Part shown: piece by piece, positions 50,401 through 57,472 of the stretch
Position numbering within the stretch: the stretch's first letter is position 1
Layout of the letters: each line of letters starts with the position of its first letter
Virus record (IMG/VR): IMGVR_UViG_3300025070_000018
Reading direction: 5' to 3' (one strand)
Source: an uncultured virus (IMG/VR IMGVR_UViG_3300025070_000018)
Taxonomy: Duplodnaviria; Heunggongvirae; Uroviricota; Caudoviricetes
DNA length: 64,000 nt
Translations under genes and position numbers: made by a program
The notes under the pieces: model-generated
The model's database searches: none
Told to the model about the DNA's origin: nothing
Seen by the model: the letters and a program-made list of their open reading frames with translations, nothing else

Positions 50401-51727
50401 AACATTTGAGAACACTGTCATTGGTGGTGTCTTTAATACCTTCGAAACAATTGCACGTTTAACTGCATATATTGCCTCCCACAGGATGATGCAAAAACCA
50501 GACGCCATGGAAAGCGCAGTTAACTTCTTTAATACAGACGCAGATTTTAGAGGAAACGTAAATAGAAATGGCGGAGTCGCTACACCTAGAATAGTAGCGC
50601 AACAAGTATTAGAAGAAACTTTTGGTGTGTACGGTAAATTAAATAGACCACAATATATGCGTGGTTGGGGTTCAGCTTTCTTTTTATTCCAAACTTACAT
50701 AAGTCAGATGTTTAGCTTAATGACTAGAATGTTATTAAGGCAAGGTACACCTGCGCAAAAAGCGGCGGGCAGAAAAGCTTTAGCTAAAATGTTAGTTATG
50801 ATAATGATTACTGGTGGGTTTTTTGGTATGCCTGGCATGGATGACGCTCTTTGGGTTAAAGATTTATTAACTAGGTTAGTAACAGGAATAGATAGAGATT
50901 CAAGGTCAGAGTTTAGAAATATGCTAGCTGAAGTATCGGGACCTAAGGTAGCAGAATTTTTTGAGAATGGTATTATAAATACTCTAGCAAACGTAGATGT
51001 GCAAAGAAGATTATCTTTCGGAGCTGTACCAGGTTCTGGACAAATGAGAGCCGTCTTGAGTATGATGGGATTAAATACTGGAGCAAGAGCTGAAGAATTT
51101 TTAGGAGCACCTGGTGCTATTTTTTTCCAAAATGCTAGAAATATTCTACAAGCTTACGAAGCTACAGGAGAATTTCCTGCGAAAGAATTAGCATATGCAG
51201 TAACCCCCACGTTTCTTACTAACTTATTGAAAGCAAATGATATTGCAGAAGATGGTAGAGTAGAGAGTAGATATGGTACAGTGCTAACTGAAGACGCTAC
51301 TTTATATGACGCTTTCTTACAAGGTATAGGTTTTTCACCTACTAAAATTACAAAGGAAAGAGAGTTGCTTAGATTAGAACGTTTAAATTCTGGAAGAAAT
51401 TCTCAAGTACAATCTAGAATGAATAGAAAAGTTACTACCGCTTACAGAAAAATATTTTTAGGTATGATTAAAAAGGATTTTGAATCACAGCTAGAAGGTC
51501 AAGAGGATTTAAAAGAGTTATTAATAGAATTATATGCATACAACTCTAGGCAAGATTGGACAAACCAATTGAATGTTGATGTGCAAAGATTAGCTATGGA
51601 AGCGATGAAAGATTTATCAAAAGAATACAGAGTTCTAAAAGGTGGCTCCACAAACATACAACAAAATTTGAAAGACGCAGAAGGTCTGGGCGTAGAGTAT
51701 GATTTCCCTAGCCCAAACCCTCAATAG
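44465..51727 (+). CDS. Giant (2420 aa) polyvalent internal virion protein
   Basis: ParB-like GHEGRHRA, zincin-like HEAMHA...EE, PLxRFG-like YVPLQRYG, Gly-rich hydrophobic segments. Confidence 0.7.
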   Translation: MAEEVTYKPISDSNIANILAKSSAIASQGIAAPPKPTSEQLKQMADSSPENLKYILLSDDPNGPRMAVPKDATKEEVQAYLKNPKLEQNLFNQGYIYKFGIGAERYDNPNDLDDTAFTKGLKGGWAGLKQIGAGALGTVADVLGMEDLEKATNDAIQRYQIQGMADQFIKTKDGEVIPFEASIEKILTEEDRAAHFFDWLGFNVGQGLVTTIPIFAASMVNPALGVGMAYGMGVGDSRIAQLEATDFEKANAGLSLAIGVPYAATEYLLGAGSILQRMLYQKFGKEATRKGIDKLLKQSTSKTIGKETGKSIAGESLAEGTQEALVESAGVIEKALDTDQEIIASLSDLYTDKDFYKRVGESAGAGAAGGGPFGITGGIVKSYQISDIKNIDAKDSKAYQDNRTNDDKDPVVIDKLGEDYTNNTYTVTGISSSKDIDDNDIVDEDGNIVTPQFQVIGTYDRGGQRKVFLKDLTPGAKNTFVETDISVLDSLNIIKKPTEDKKADTVDPQTGEVEQTPVFDKREDYEKINVKPLTDKKREKLMNILRGRGYTDSQMELLEAQGPRALSHEVESGSNYLTPEEIQQLGQLGYLQEIEGEFSLEVPRGGPRAIYTPATLKEIQENTSVNKKTGKTAGREILEEIINNKVENKPRTSPIREQVGTTPAVPPVPQEEIVNQADEKLAKEISKVSEQLRNPKLTEEKRQELLSYRDVLNEASGDVMQQEARDRYYDMQILANRIGQENHTPAAIEGYKKAIEGLRKRKGITEEDRAAEINRFQALINRAEGDLKNFNVLYTSFGYKPLTRQQLNRITQKSFPNKGKIRALYQGTKEKPIIKPIEVYSVDDSTTRAQGELRREINDNKIKALQNKTYWGTVGHTFWNTGSGSIPGGTLDGGKSAFLYLKPSVFLRLATSGADTSIERQNQLQEQYGKGAQNGITPPYLRLKLRYTDAGNPILSVTGHEGRHRAVYASRLNPDKPIPIQIEIRDENLKALFYDTTIPGYKGRRDYGDFVGIIQEAGIETQDLVIDNMDGNPEMLTNLDLDIGGFVYNNGEVKLGRIFKRDDDYNPDQLVNSINDLGVVGYLETQEEKAQFTKEAEKDLMRIYLAMRAELDNMGLDYVNLAILNRWLDNSRTRLGKFIGTYDVATEAMDFQNPQVIEVLGKKYDNLSYESRLNSLMVTLRHEAMHAMFRSGLFTDKELNMLKEFSKKHWVDAFNVRKNYSGLPGMTEDIIIEEGITAAFGAYINKKYVPKGRLAKVFERLKAFFLGLSRALFKTGYTNPAQLFDAIDNGEFKRRMQERKRLVLNNTIANNTQQSLEKRSPSTKIKQRRTPFVAITDIPESQPGYNYSQEYIDEPSSPEIDKYIPGTRQSLRSSTRQMENDIARESRADETNTASPESIGTPARIFSHARVWAKKYPVFEKLFSAVSSRDQKSRELQSQFVATLSKKFMKVMRNPEYAKLINKALEISQQVKGRYRMNENGQIIFRAERNGDGGDSTVKAGEVVVLEGDLAEAYENVQEAVQMMHKEIVRGLLANDSATDLLSNTIQTLITLNAIDVDAKTFLNNTKSITELTENDYENLSYTDILQLTNAVKDFKEAVGDNAEILINLQLTAKEGQGVIARLNTLLGQADKEGAPGTGLLALTSELRKYNDFTKTDYVPLQRYGSHYIVVKDKDGKTVDYRMFDKVRFGVVKQDEEKEVREALQNKYGGNPDVTISGTKPVTINDLRRDVQADLNTIDAAAQFLSDTNKEKYNEIRKEIETTLNKGTDITNGVVQGYSAFIQPRKQSGGIPGYSTDFARGLTQYGLASSNFAAGNRFNKTIADAYRGTQDPKQADVSLRDASSKWYKYVMDPKQELAQIRRLGFWYYLGGNISSAFLQLMSIVQFSGPILSTISGQKQSAAVELVKAFNDVRKMLVFNGRKFEDVFLNFDKLPEDVREDAMADIYNGTIKQGMAAHEAGMPVGGGTVSQNQIRQRALRTFENTVIGGVFNTFETIARLTAYIASHRMMQKPDAMESAVNFFNTDADFRGNVNRNGGVATPRIVAQQVLEETFGVYGKLNRPQYMRGWGSAFFLFQTYISQMFSLMTRMLLRQGTPAQKAAGRKALAKMLVMIMITGGFFGMPGMDDALWVKDLLTRLVTGIDRDSRSEFRNMLAEVSGPKVAEFFENGIINTLANVDVQRRLSFGAVPGSGQMRAVLSMMGLNTGARAEEFLGAPGAIFFQNARNILQAYEATGEFPAKELAYAVTPTFLTNLLKANDIAEDGRVESRYGTVLTEDATLYDAFLQGIGFSPTKITKERELLRLERLNSGRNSQVQSRMNRKVTTAYRKIFLGMIKKDFESQLEGQEDLKELLIELYAYNSRQDWTNQLNVDVQRLAMEAMKDLSKEYRVLKGGSTNIQQNLKDAEGLGVEYDFPSPNPQ

Positions 51728-51728
51728 T

Positions 51729-52967
51729 TTAGCACATCCAAGAAACCCAATCTTTAGATTTCTTTTTGATAGGCTCATCAACTACTACAGGCACTTGAAA
51801 AGTAACACCATATTCTGGGTGGGTAAACCATAAAGCTTGTTGAGGTCTCTCAGATGTGAATCGGTTTGAGTAAGCGTATTCATCATAACCCTTTGTAGAG
51901 CCATTAACGATACACCCCTTTAATGATATGTACTGATGGTAGTGACCCATAATTACATAGTCAATTGTTTTATTTTGGTTGTGGTATTCCTGTTTAATCT
52001 TCTGGACACCACGTGCAATAGGTCCAAGCATTCCCACAATTCCCGTGCCCCCCGCTACTCCGAGGCGATCACCATGAGTCAATAAATAGTTAACACCATA
52101 CACTTTATATACTGTATCAAAACCTGTAGGTATTTGGAACTGTATTCTCTTATCATTTTTAAAATGCCTAGATAATAAATTGTATAACATCCAATCGTAA
52201 TTAGTTTTCGCGGCTTGCTTGTGGCGGTATTGTTTATATGTGCGAGAGTGGTTACCAAATGTACAAGGTACAAACACTTTACCAAATACATCTGCAAATT
52301 TACCTAACGCCCATGTTAAATTGTCTAGTAAATCTAAGACGTGTTCTATATTAGAACCATCATTACTTTCAGCTAGCTCATCATGAATATCACCCGAGAT
52401 CATATCACCACCTAACGCACAGATAATACCAGGATACTTAGGGTTAACCATGTGGTTAGTACATAAGTCTATGGTTGTATTGATAACGTTCTTGAATCTT
52501 CTTAATGCTATGGTTCTATCATACTCATTGATATTATTGACCGCTTCTTTATAGACTACTTCACCCCAGTGAAAGTCAGATAGGAATATAGTAGGCACAC
52601 CAGGTGCCCCCTTGGCAGGCGTATTCTTTGTCAACCACTTGGGTGGTTTAACTACATGATTATCTGCTTTAAGTAGGCTGTCTTTCAGTTTCTGGTGGGA
52701 AAGATTTTCTTTAGCTAGTAAATCTACTTGTCTTTTAATGTCACGAATTTCTGCGTCGTGTGCGTACTGCTGTTCAATCAGTGCTGCCTCAGCGTCGGGG
52801 GGCACCGTTGTAGGTTTAACACCCTGTAGTTGGGCTTGTTCAATTCTCTCTATGAGAGTAGTGCGCGGTATTCCTAGTTCCCTAGAGGCTGCCGCTTTGT
52901 TGCCTTTATTTCTAATGACTGCATTTAGAGCGTCAATTAGTATGCTTTTTGCTGTAGTTTTTGCCAT
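51729..52967 (-). CDS. Fis-type HTH + calcineurin-like metallophosphoesterase
   Basis: GNKAAASRELGIPRTTL HTH; SDFH, GGD, GNH, HGD, GHYH motifs; ATG 52967 with AGGAG RBS. Confidence 0.82.
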   Translation of the reverse strand: MAKTTAKSILIDALNAVIRNKGNKAAASRELGIPRTTLIERIEQAQLQGVKPTTVPPDAEAALIEQQYAHDAEIRDIKRQVDLLAKENLSHQKLKDSLLKADNHVVKPPKWLTKNTPAKGAPGVPTIFLSDFHWGEVVYKEAVNNINEYDRTIALRRFKNVINTTIDLCTNHMVNPKYPGIICALGGDMISGDIHDELAESNDGSNIEHVLDLLDNLTWALGKFADVFGKVFVPCTFGNHSRTYKQYRHKQAAKTNYDWMLYNLLSRHFKNDKRIQFQIPTGFDTVYKVYGVNYLLTHGDRLGVAGGTGIVGMLGPIARGVQKIKQEYHNQNKTIDYVIMGHYHQYISLKGCIVNGSTKGYDEYAYSNRFTSERPQQALWFTHPEYGVTFQVPVVVDEPIKKKSKDWVSWMC

Positions 52968-52989
52968 AATTATCTCCTGTAGTGCGCGA

Positions 52990-53040
52990 ATATTACCACG
53001 TTTTTTCACCCTTGTCAAGCAAATAATGATATGGTATACT
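52990..53040. promoter_or_regulatory. Back-to-back divergent sigma70 promoters sharing a palindromic -35
   Basis: + strand TTGTCA(53012-53017)-N17-TATACT; - strand TTGACA(53018-53013)-N17-TAATAT; both have TG-extended -10. Confidence 0.8.
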
Positions 53041-53046
53041 CTTTGT

Positions 53047-53163
53047 ATGAAACTCACAGAAGAAATAAAAATAACAGCACCTGTTGTTAAAATTGGTGGT
53101 GATGCAGTAAAGGTTGAAGCACCCCAATCAGAAGCCTCATCTGATTCTTCACCATCTAAGTAA
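53047..53163 (+). CDS. Small leaderless hypothetical protein (38 aa)
   Basis: ATG 7 nt after the -10. Confidence 0.5.
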   Translation: MKLTEEIKITAPVVKIGGDAVKVEAPQSEASSDSSPSK

Positions 53164-53172
53164 GGATATATC

Positions 53173-53412
53173 ATGAAAAACCAGAGAGTAAGAAAAGAAC
53201 CATTGGGTAAGGGAGTGGATAAATACAGAGAGAAAGTACGTTATCCTAATTTAGAAGTAGCTAGACCTTATGTTAAAAAAATATCAAAAGCTATTGATAC
53301 AGTTAAAAAAACTTATGAAGATATTAGAGATAAAAAGACTGTTAAAAATCCAGTTAAAAGAAAACAAATTAAAATAGCTAGAAGAAAAGATTTAGAAAAG
53401 AAATATAAATAA
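53173..53412 (+). CDS. Small basic protein
   Basis: K/R-rich, AAGGA RBS. Confidence 0.6.
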   Translation: MKNQRVRKEPLGKGVDKYREKVRYPNLEVARPYVKKISKAIDTVKKTYEDIRDKKTVKNPVKRKQIKIARRKDLEKKYK

Positions 53413-53636
53413 TGCCAATCACTAGAGCACAAACATATCAGCAAATTAAAAGCGGTACAAAAAAGAAACCTAAAAAGAAAAAGTTTTCTACACCAGGCTC
53501 TAGAGCTAGGGCTAAAGCTGGTAAGATAAAGAAAGCTATTCTATCTCAACAAAGAGGAGAAAAATCTCCGCAAGGTAGAGTAGTAATGAGAGGATTTGTT
53601 AAGGCACTATATGATAAAGTCAAAAACAAAAAGTAA
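53412..53636 (+). CDS. Small basic protein
   Basis: MPITRAQ..QQI start, K/R-rich. Confidence 0.6.
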   Translation: MPITRAQTYQQIKSGTKKKPKKKKFSTPGSRARAKAGKIKKAILSQQRGEKSPQGRVVMRGFVKALYDKVKNKK

Positions 53637-53805
53637 ATCTACCGTAAACAAAGCAGGTAATTATACTAAGCCTAGTATGAGGAAGGCATTGTTTAATAGA
53701 ATAAAAGCTGGCGGAAAAGGTGGAGCCCCAGGACAGTGGTCAGCACGCAAAGCACAAATGCTAGCCAAACAATATAAATCAAAAGGCGGAGGTTACAAAT
53801 CATAG
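53611..53805 (+). CDS. DUF5872-like basic protein, N-terminal part
   Basis: YTKP.MRK..F..IKAG.KGG.PGQWSARKAQMLA..YK..GGGY. Confidence 0.7.
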   Translation: MIKSKTKSKSTVNKAGNYTKPSMRKALFNRIKAGGKGGAPGQWSARKAQMLAKQYKSKGGGYKS

Positions 53806-53806
53806 G

Positions 53807-53905
53807 ATGGAATCAATTTGCAAATCTTGTGGGCACAATTGTCACTGCAGTAACTCCTCTCAATGCCATTGTGGTTGCGCAAATTGCGCACACGGAAAGG
53901 AATAA
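53807..53905 (+). CDS. Metallothionein-like Cys/His peptide (32 aa)
   Basis: MESICKSCGHNCHCSNSSQCHCGCANCAHGKE; fills the gap between two genes. Confidence 0.65.
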   Translation: MESICKSCGHNCHCSNSSQCHCGCANCAHGKE

Positions 53906-53907
53906 AA

Positions 53908-54066
53908 ATGCCAAAGGGACCAGGAACATACGGAAGCAAGGTGGGGAGACCTGCCAAAAAGAAAACAAAAAAACCAGCAATGGGACCAGCTGGAAAATTG
54001 ACAGCAAAACAGAAAAAGCTACCCGATTTTCTAAAGGAAAAAATACAAAAGTCAAAGAAGAAGTAA
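53908..54066 (+). CDS. Small basic protein
   Basis: MPKGPGTYGSKVGRPAKKK; AAAGGA RBS. Confidence 0.65.
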   Translation: MPKGPGTYGSKVGRPAKKKTKKPAMGPAGKLTAKQKKLPDFLKEKIQKSKKK

Positions 54067-54326
54067 TGGCGTTAACTAAATCACAGAAAAGTTTAAAGGC
54101 TTGGACCAAACAGAAGTGGCGTACTAAATCTGGTAAGCCATCTACTCAAGGTCCAAAAGCTACAGGTGAAAGATATTTACCATCTGCCGCTATCAAGTCT
54201 TTATCCTCTGGTGAATATGCAGCGACTACCGCTGCGAAAAGAAAAGCTAAAGCTGCTGGTAAACAACATGCATCGCAACCAAAGAATATAAAAAAGAAAA
54301 CTAAAAAATTTAGGAAGGTATCGTAA
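54066..54326 (+). CDS. DUF5872-like basic protein, C-terminal part
   Basis: SQKSLKAWTKQKWRTKSGK...GERYLP. Confidence 0.65.
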   Translation: MALTKSQKSLKAWTKQKWRTKSGKPSTQGPKATGERYLPSAAIKSLSSGEYAATTAAKRKAKAAGKQHASQPKNIKKKTKKFRKVS

Positions 54327-54721
54327 TGTTTAATTTATTAGTAGGTCCTCTGGCATCTCTACTAGGAGACACAGTTAAAGGATTTGTAGCTACTAAGAAA
54401 GCTAAAGCTGATTTAGCTTTAACAGAAATAAAAGCACAGAAAAGTTTAAAGGAACAACAGATCGCAGGAAAGATTGGATGGGAAGCATCCGCTGTAGATC
54501 AAATGAAAGGGAGCTGGAAAGATGAAGTAATTTTACTAGCCCTGTTAATTCCAGCGGTGCTAGTTTTTATTCCTGGTTGGACACCACATATTAAAGCAGG
54601 GTTTGAAGCCTTGCATAGTCTACCAGATTACTATAAACATTTATTATATATCGCCTGCTCAGCTAGCTTTGGTATCAAAGGGGCTAAAGGTGCTATGGGA
54701 TTAATAACTAAAAAGAAATAA
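54326..54721 (+). CDS. Holin-like membrane protein
   Basis: SWKDE, TM helices, ASFG; upstream of lysozyme. Confidence 0.7.
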   Translation: MFNLLVGPLASLLGDTVKGFVATKKAKADLALTEIKAQKSLKEQQIAGKIGWEASAVDQMKGSWKDEVILLALLIPAVLVFIPGWTPHIKAGFEALHSLPDYYKHLLYIACSASFGIKGAKGAMGLITKKK

Positions 54722-54833
54722 TGTATCAATTAGAAATATTCACATATAAGATTATCGCTAGTGTATATAAACTATTTGAAAAAGAAAAACCTAAAGATGA
54801 ACATGAAGTTCATTGGGGTATAGGAGGCAGATA

Positions 54834-55280
54834 ATGTTTGAAAAACTTAAGGAGAGAATAAAAGAACACGAAGGATTTAGGTCTTATGTTTACAAGGATT
54901 CATTAGGATTCGCAACCATAGGATACGGTCACTTGGTAACAAAGGAGGACAACTATGAAGAAGGTATTGAATACAGTCAAGAACAACTTGATGCCGTCTT
55001 TGAAGATGATTTTGAAAATGCCTGTGATTGCGCTCAATTGGTCGCTGACAATTTTAATATCAATTTTGACGAGCACCCAGAACCTGTTAAAGAAGTTCTT
55101 ATAGAAATGGTATTTCAGTTAGGTGTTGGAGGGGTAAGTAAGTTTAAGAAATTTCTTGGACACTTGTCTACTAACACCTATCATTTTGCCGCGGACGAAA
55201 TGCTCAATTCACGTTGGGCAAAACAAACACCTATGCGTGCAGAAAAATTATCATATACAATTAGAGGACTAGCCTACTAA
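54834..55280 (+). CDS. Lysozyme (GH24, T4-like endolysin)
   Basis: HEG....Y.D..G..TIGYGH; SRWAKQTP.RA. Confidence 0.9.
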   Translation: MFEKLKERIKEHEGFRSYVYKDSLGFATIGYGHLVTKEDNYEEGIEYSQEQLDAVFEDDFENACDCAQLVADNFNINFDEHPEPVKEVLIEMVFQLGVGGVSKFKKFLGHLSTNTYHFAADEMLNSRWAKQTPMRAEKLSYTIRGLAY

Positions 55281-55281
55281 C

Positions 55282-55920
55282 GTGGCTTTCCTAGTAGCCA
55301 ATGTGCCGCCTGTTGAAGTCCTTGTTAAGAAGGAATATCTTTATGACTTTCAGAGGGGGCACGGTGAATACGAACCAGGGTTATGGATCACCGCAAAATC
55401 TATCCAAGGTCGCGCATTATATTTTGAGACCTATCTCTATGAGACAGGAGCTCTATATGATAAGCTTCCTATCTCGGCTTTTGTTTGGAAAGAAACGAAG
55501 GAAGAGATGGAACTTGAAGACCTAGAGCTTTGGGACTGTTTCAGCTACCACATCTCAGTTATACAAAAGGTGAGTGTAGGGTCGGGGAAATGTAAATACA
55601 AGGCTCCAAACGGGAATTTTTATTATGGGGAGTATTTATATACTATAGATAGTTGTCATCCCGAATATAATATACCAGATATTGGGTATTCTGAGGTACC
55701 TACACAACATAAGTCCTTTAATATAATACAATTAGACAACGGATATTTCGCCGCTCAGCCTAACAATCGGGTAATATTCTACGATAAGTCTTTATCCCCA
55801 AAGAAGATGAGGTTCCCAGACTACAAGGTTTCAACTATTGAATATGGTGTGGAAAATAAATCTAAGTACACCGCAGGGGATGATACTAATTTCTTTTATG
55901 AGTTCGAAGAACAAAGCTAG
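55282..55920 (+). CDS. Conserved hypothetical phage protein
   Basis: GTG start, GAGG RBS, long clean ORF. Confidence 0.65.
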   Translation: MAFLVANVPPVEVLVKKEYLYDFQRGHGEYEPGLWITAKSIQGRALYFETYLYETGALYDKLPISAFVWKETKEEMELEDLELWDCFSYHISVIQKVSVGSGKCKYKAPNGNFYYGEYLYTIDSCHPEYNIPDIGYSEVPTQHKSFNIIQLDNGYFAAQPNNRVIFYDKSLSPKKMRFPDYKVSTIEYGVENKSKYTAGDDTNFFYEFEEQS

Positions 55921-55934
55921 GCAAGAAGCCTAGC
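55911..55934 (-). terminator. Hairpin between convergent operons
   Basis: GCTAGGC-AAGAA-GCCTAGC; short T-run on - strand. Confidence 0.55.
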
Positions 55935-55950
55935 CCATTCCTCTTATAAT

Positions 55951-56151
55951 TTACTTCTGTGGTATTCTTAATACGTTAGGGAAGTATTGATTTTCTTTAT
56001 AAAAATTAAAAGCCCAGTACCAATCGTCTTTATATTCTGCTCTCGCGTACTGTTCTAATTCTGAGTCTCCGTCTGTTCCTGCAGTATTAAAGATGTTTAA
56101 ACATCTATTAACAAATGAGTTAGTTACGGAGAAAGTTCTTGGGTTTGCCAT
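55951..56151 (-). CDS. Hypothetical protein
   Basis: AAGGAG RBS. Confidence 0.6.
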   Translation of the reverse strand: MANPRTFSVTNSFVNRCLNIFNTAGTDGDSELEQYARAEYKDDWYWAFNFYKENQYFPNVLRIPQK

Positions 56152-56321
56152 AGTTTCTCCTTTATTGATATCTCAGCCAAGGCTCTCCAGTAGTCCTTGT
56201 CTTTGATTGAGAGTGTAGCAAACTTTTGCTTAGAAGTCAAGCGTCTACTGCTGAATAGCAGGTATAGCTTTTTTGCAAGGCTATCGTATTTAGTTTTAAA
56301 AGGATAAGTATCTGTTTTCAT
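56124..56321 (-). CDS. Hypothetical protein
   Basis: AGGAG RBS. Confidence 0.6.
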   Translation of the reverse strand: MKTDTYPFKTKYDSLAKKLYLLFSSRRLTSKQKFATLSIKDKDYWRALAEISIKEKLWQTQELSP

Positions 56322-56335
56322 TTTGCTCCTGTAAT

Positions 56336-56466
56336 AAAAAAAGGAGCCAGCATTTCTACCAGCTCCTTTGTACGGTTGTGGAAAAAAGAGATCCCCAAAC
56401 TGTTCTTAAACATATCGTCTAAGAGAAGTAAGGTTCTTCGTGCCCCCCTGTCTCCAATTTAATCTT
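56336..56466 (-). ncRNA. Candidate structured small RNA or attenuator leader (~130 nt)
   Basis: Promoter TTGACA(56501-56496)-N17-TATTAT with TG extension; internal hairpins; terminator GGAGCTGGT...GCTGGCTCC-T7 at 56336-56369. Confidence 0.5.
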
Positions 56467-56497
56467 ATAGTAATAATACCATAAGTTAGTCAATTTG

Positions 56498-57463
56498 TCA
56501 AGAGGAAAATGCATCACCCCAATCTCCTTGAACTGCGCCCTTTGCGTATTCAGTAGCTCTAGTTTCGAAGAAGTTTTCGTGTGCCTGTCCGTTGACAATA
56601 TAGTCTACCCATTCCAATGGGTTTGACTTTACTCCGTAGTTAGGCTTCAAGCCTAGCTGAAGTAATCTTCTGTCCGCCATATAATGTACATAGTTCTTAA
56701 CTTCTTGAGGAGTTAAGCCTTCGACTGGACCCTGCTCAAATGCTAGATCAATAAACTTTTCTTCCAAAGTTACCATGTCTCTACATATATCATACAGTGA
56801 CTTTTTAAATTGATCATTCCAGATGTGTGGCTTCTCATCTAATACAGTATGTAAAAGTTTAATCATGTTTTCAACGTGGTGATTCTCATCTCTGATAGAC
56901 CACGCTACAATTTGCCCCATACCTTTCATCTTACCGAAGCGCTGAAAGTTTAGTAGCATAATAAATGAACCAAACAATTGCAAGCCTTCACCGAATGCAG
57001 AGAACACTGCCATGTCACGAACGATCTTCTCTTCTTCCGTGCCCCCTTTATTTTCCCAAAGATAGTTATGTTTGTCTGCCATCTCTGCGTACTCTTGGAA
57101 TGCTTTATACTCTCTGTCATCCATACCAATAGTATCATTCAGCAGTGAATAACTATGCGCATGGTTAGCCTCCGACGTAGCAATAGCGGATAACATCATA
57201 CGCACTTCTGGTTTCTTGAACATGGGTATATACACATCCATATAGGCTTGTGCAATGTCTACGTCACCTTGGGTAAAGAACGTTAAAATCTGTTTCACTA
57301 GATTCTTTTCTGCATCATTCATCTTAGAGTTCCAATCATTTACATCTTCATGCAATGGAACTTCACTGGGTAACCAGTGCATCTTTTGTTGTTGGTCATA
57401 GGCTTCAAACGCCCATGGATATTCAAATGGTTTATAGTACTCTCTTCCTTTAAATACTGACAT
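56498..57463 (-). CDS. nrdB: Ribonucleotide reductase class Ia beta subunit
   Basis: FFTQGD, EANHAHSY, EGLQLF, RDENHH, NFFE. Confidence 0.95.
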   Translation of the reverse strand: MSVFKGREYYKPFEYPWAFEAYDQQQKMHWLPSEVPLHEDVNDWNSKMNDAEKNLVKQILTFFTQGDVDIAQAYMDVYIPMFKKPEVRMMLSAIATSEANHAHSYSLLNDTIGMDDREYKAFQEYAEMADKHNYLWENKGGTEEEKIVRDMAVFSAFGEGLQLFGSFIMLLNFQRFGKMKGMGQIVAWSIRDENHHVENMIKLLHTVLDEKPHIWNDQFKKSLYDICRDMVTLEEKFIDLAFEQGPVEGLTPQEVKNYVHYMADRRLLQLGLKPNYGVKSNPLEWVDYIVNGQAHENFFETRATEYAKGAVQGDWGDAFSS

Positions 57464-57472
57464 ATATTCTCC

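Noticed and set aside
52968..53174. N-terminal extension of the phosphoesterase ORF, and the 52738..53163 and 53829.. long ORF starts
   Set aside because: RBS and divergent promoters support starts at 52967, 53047, 53908 and 54066
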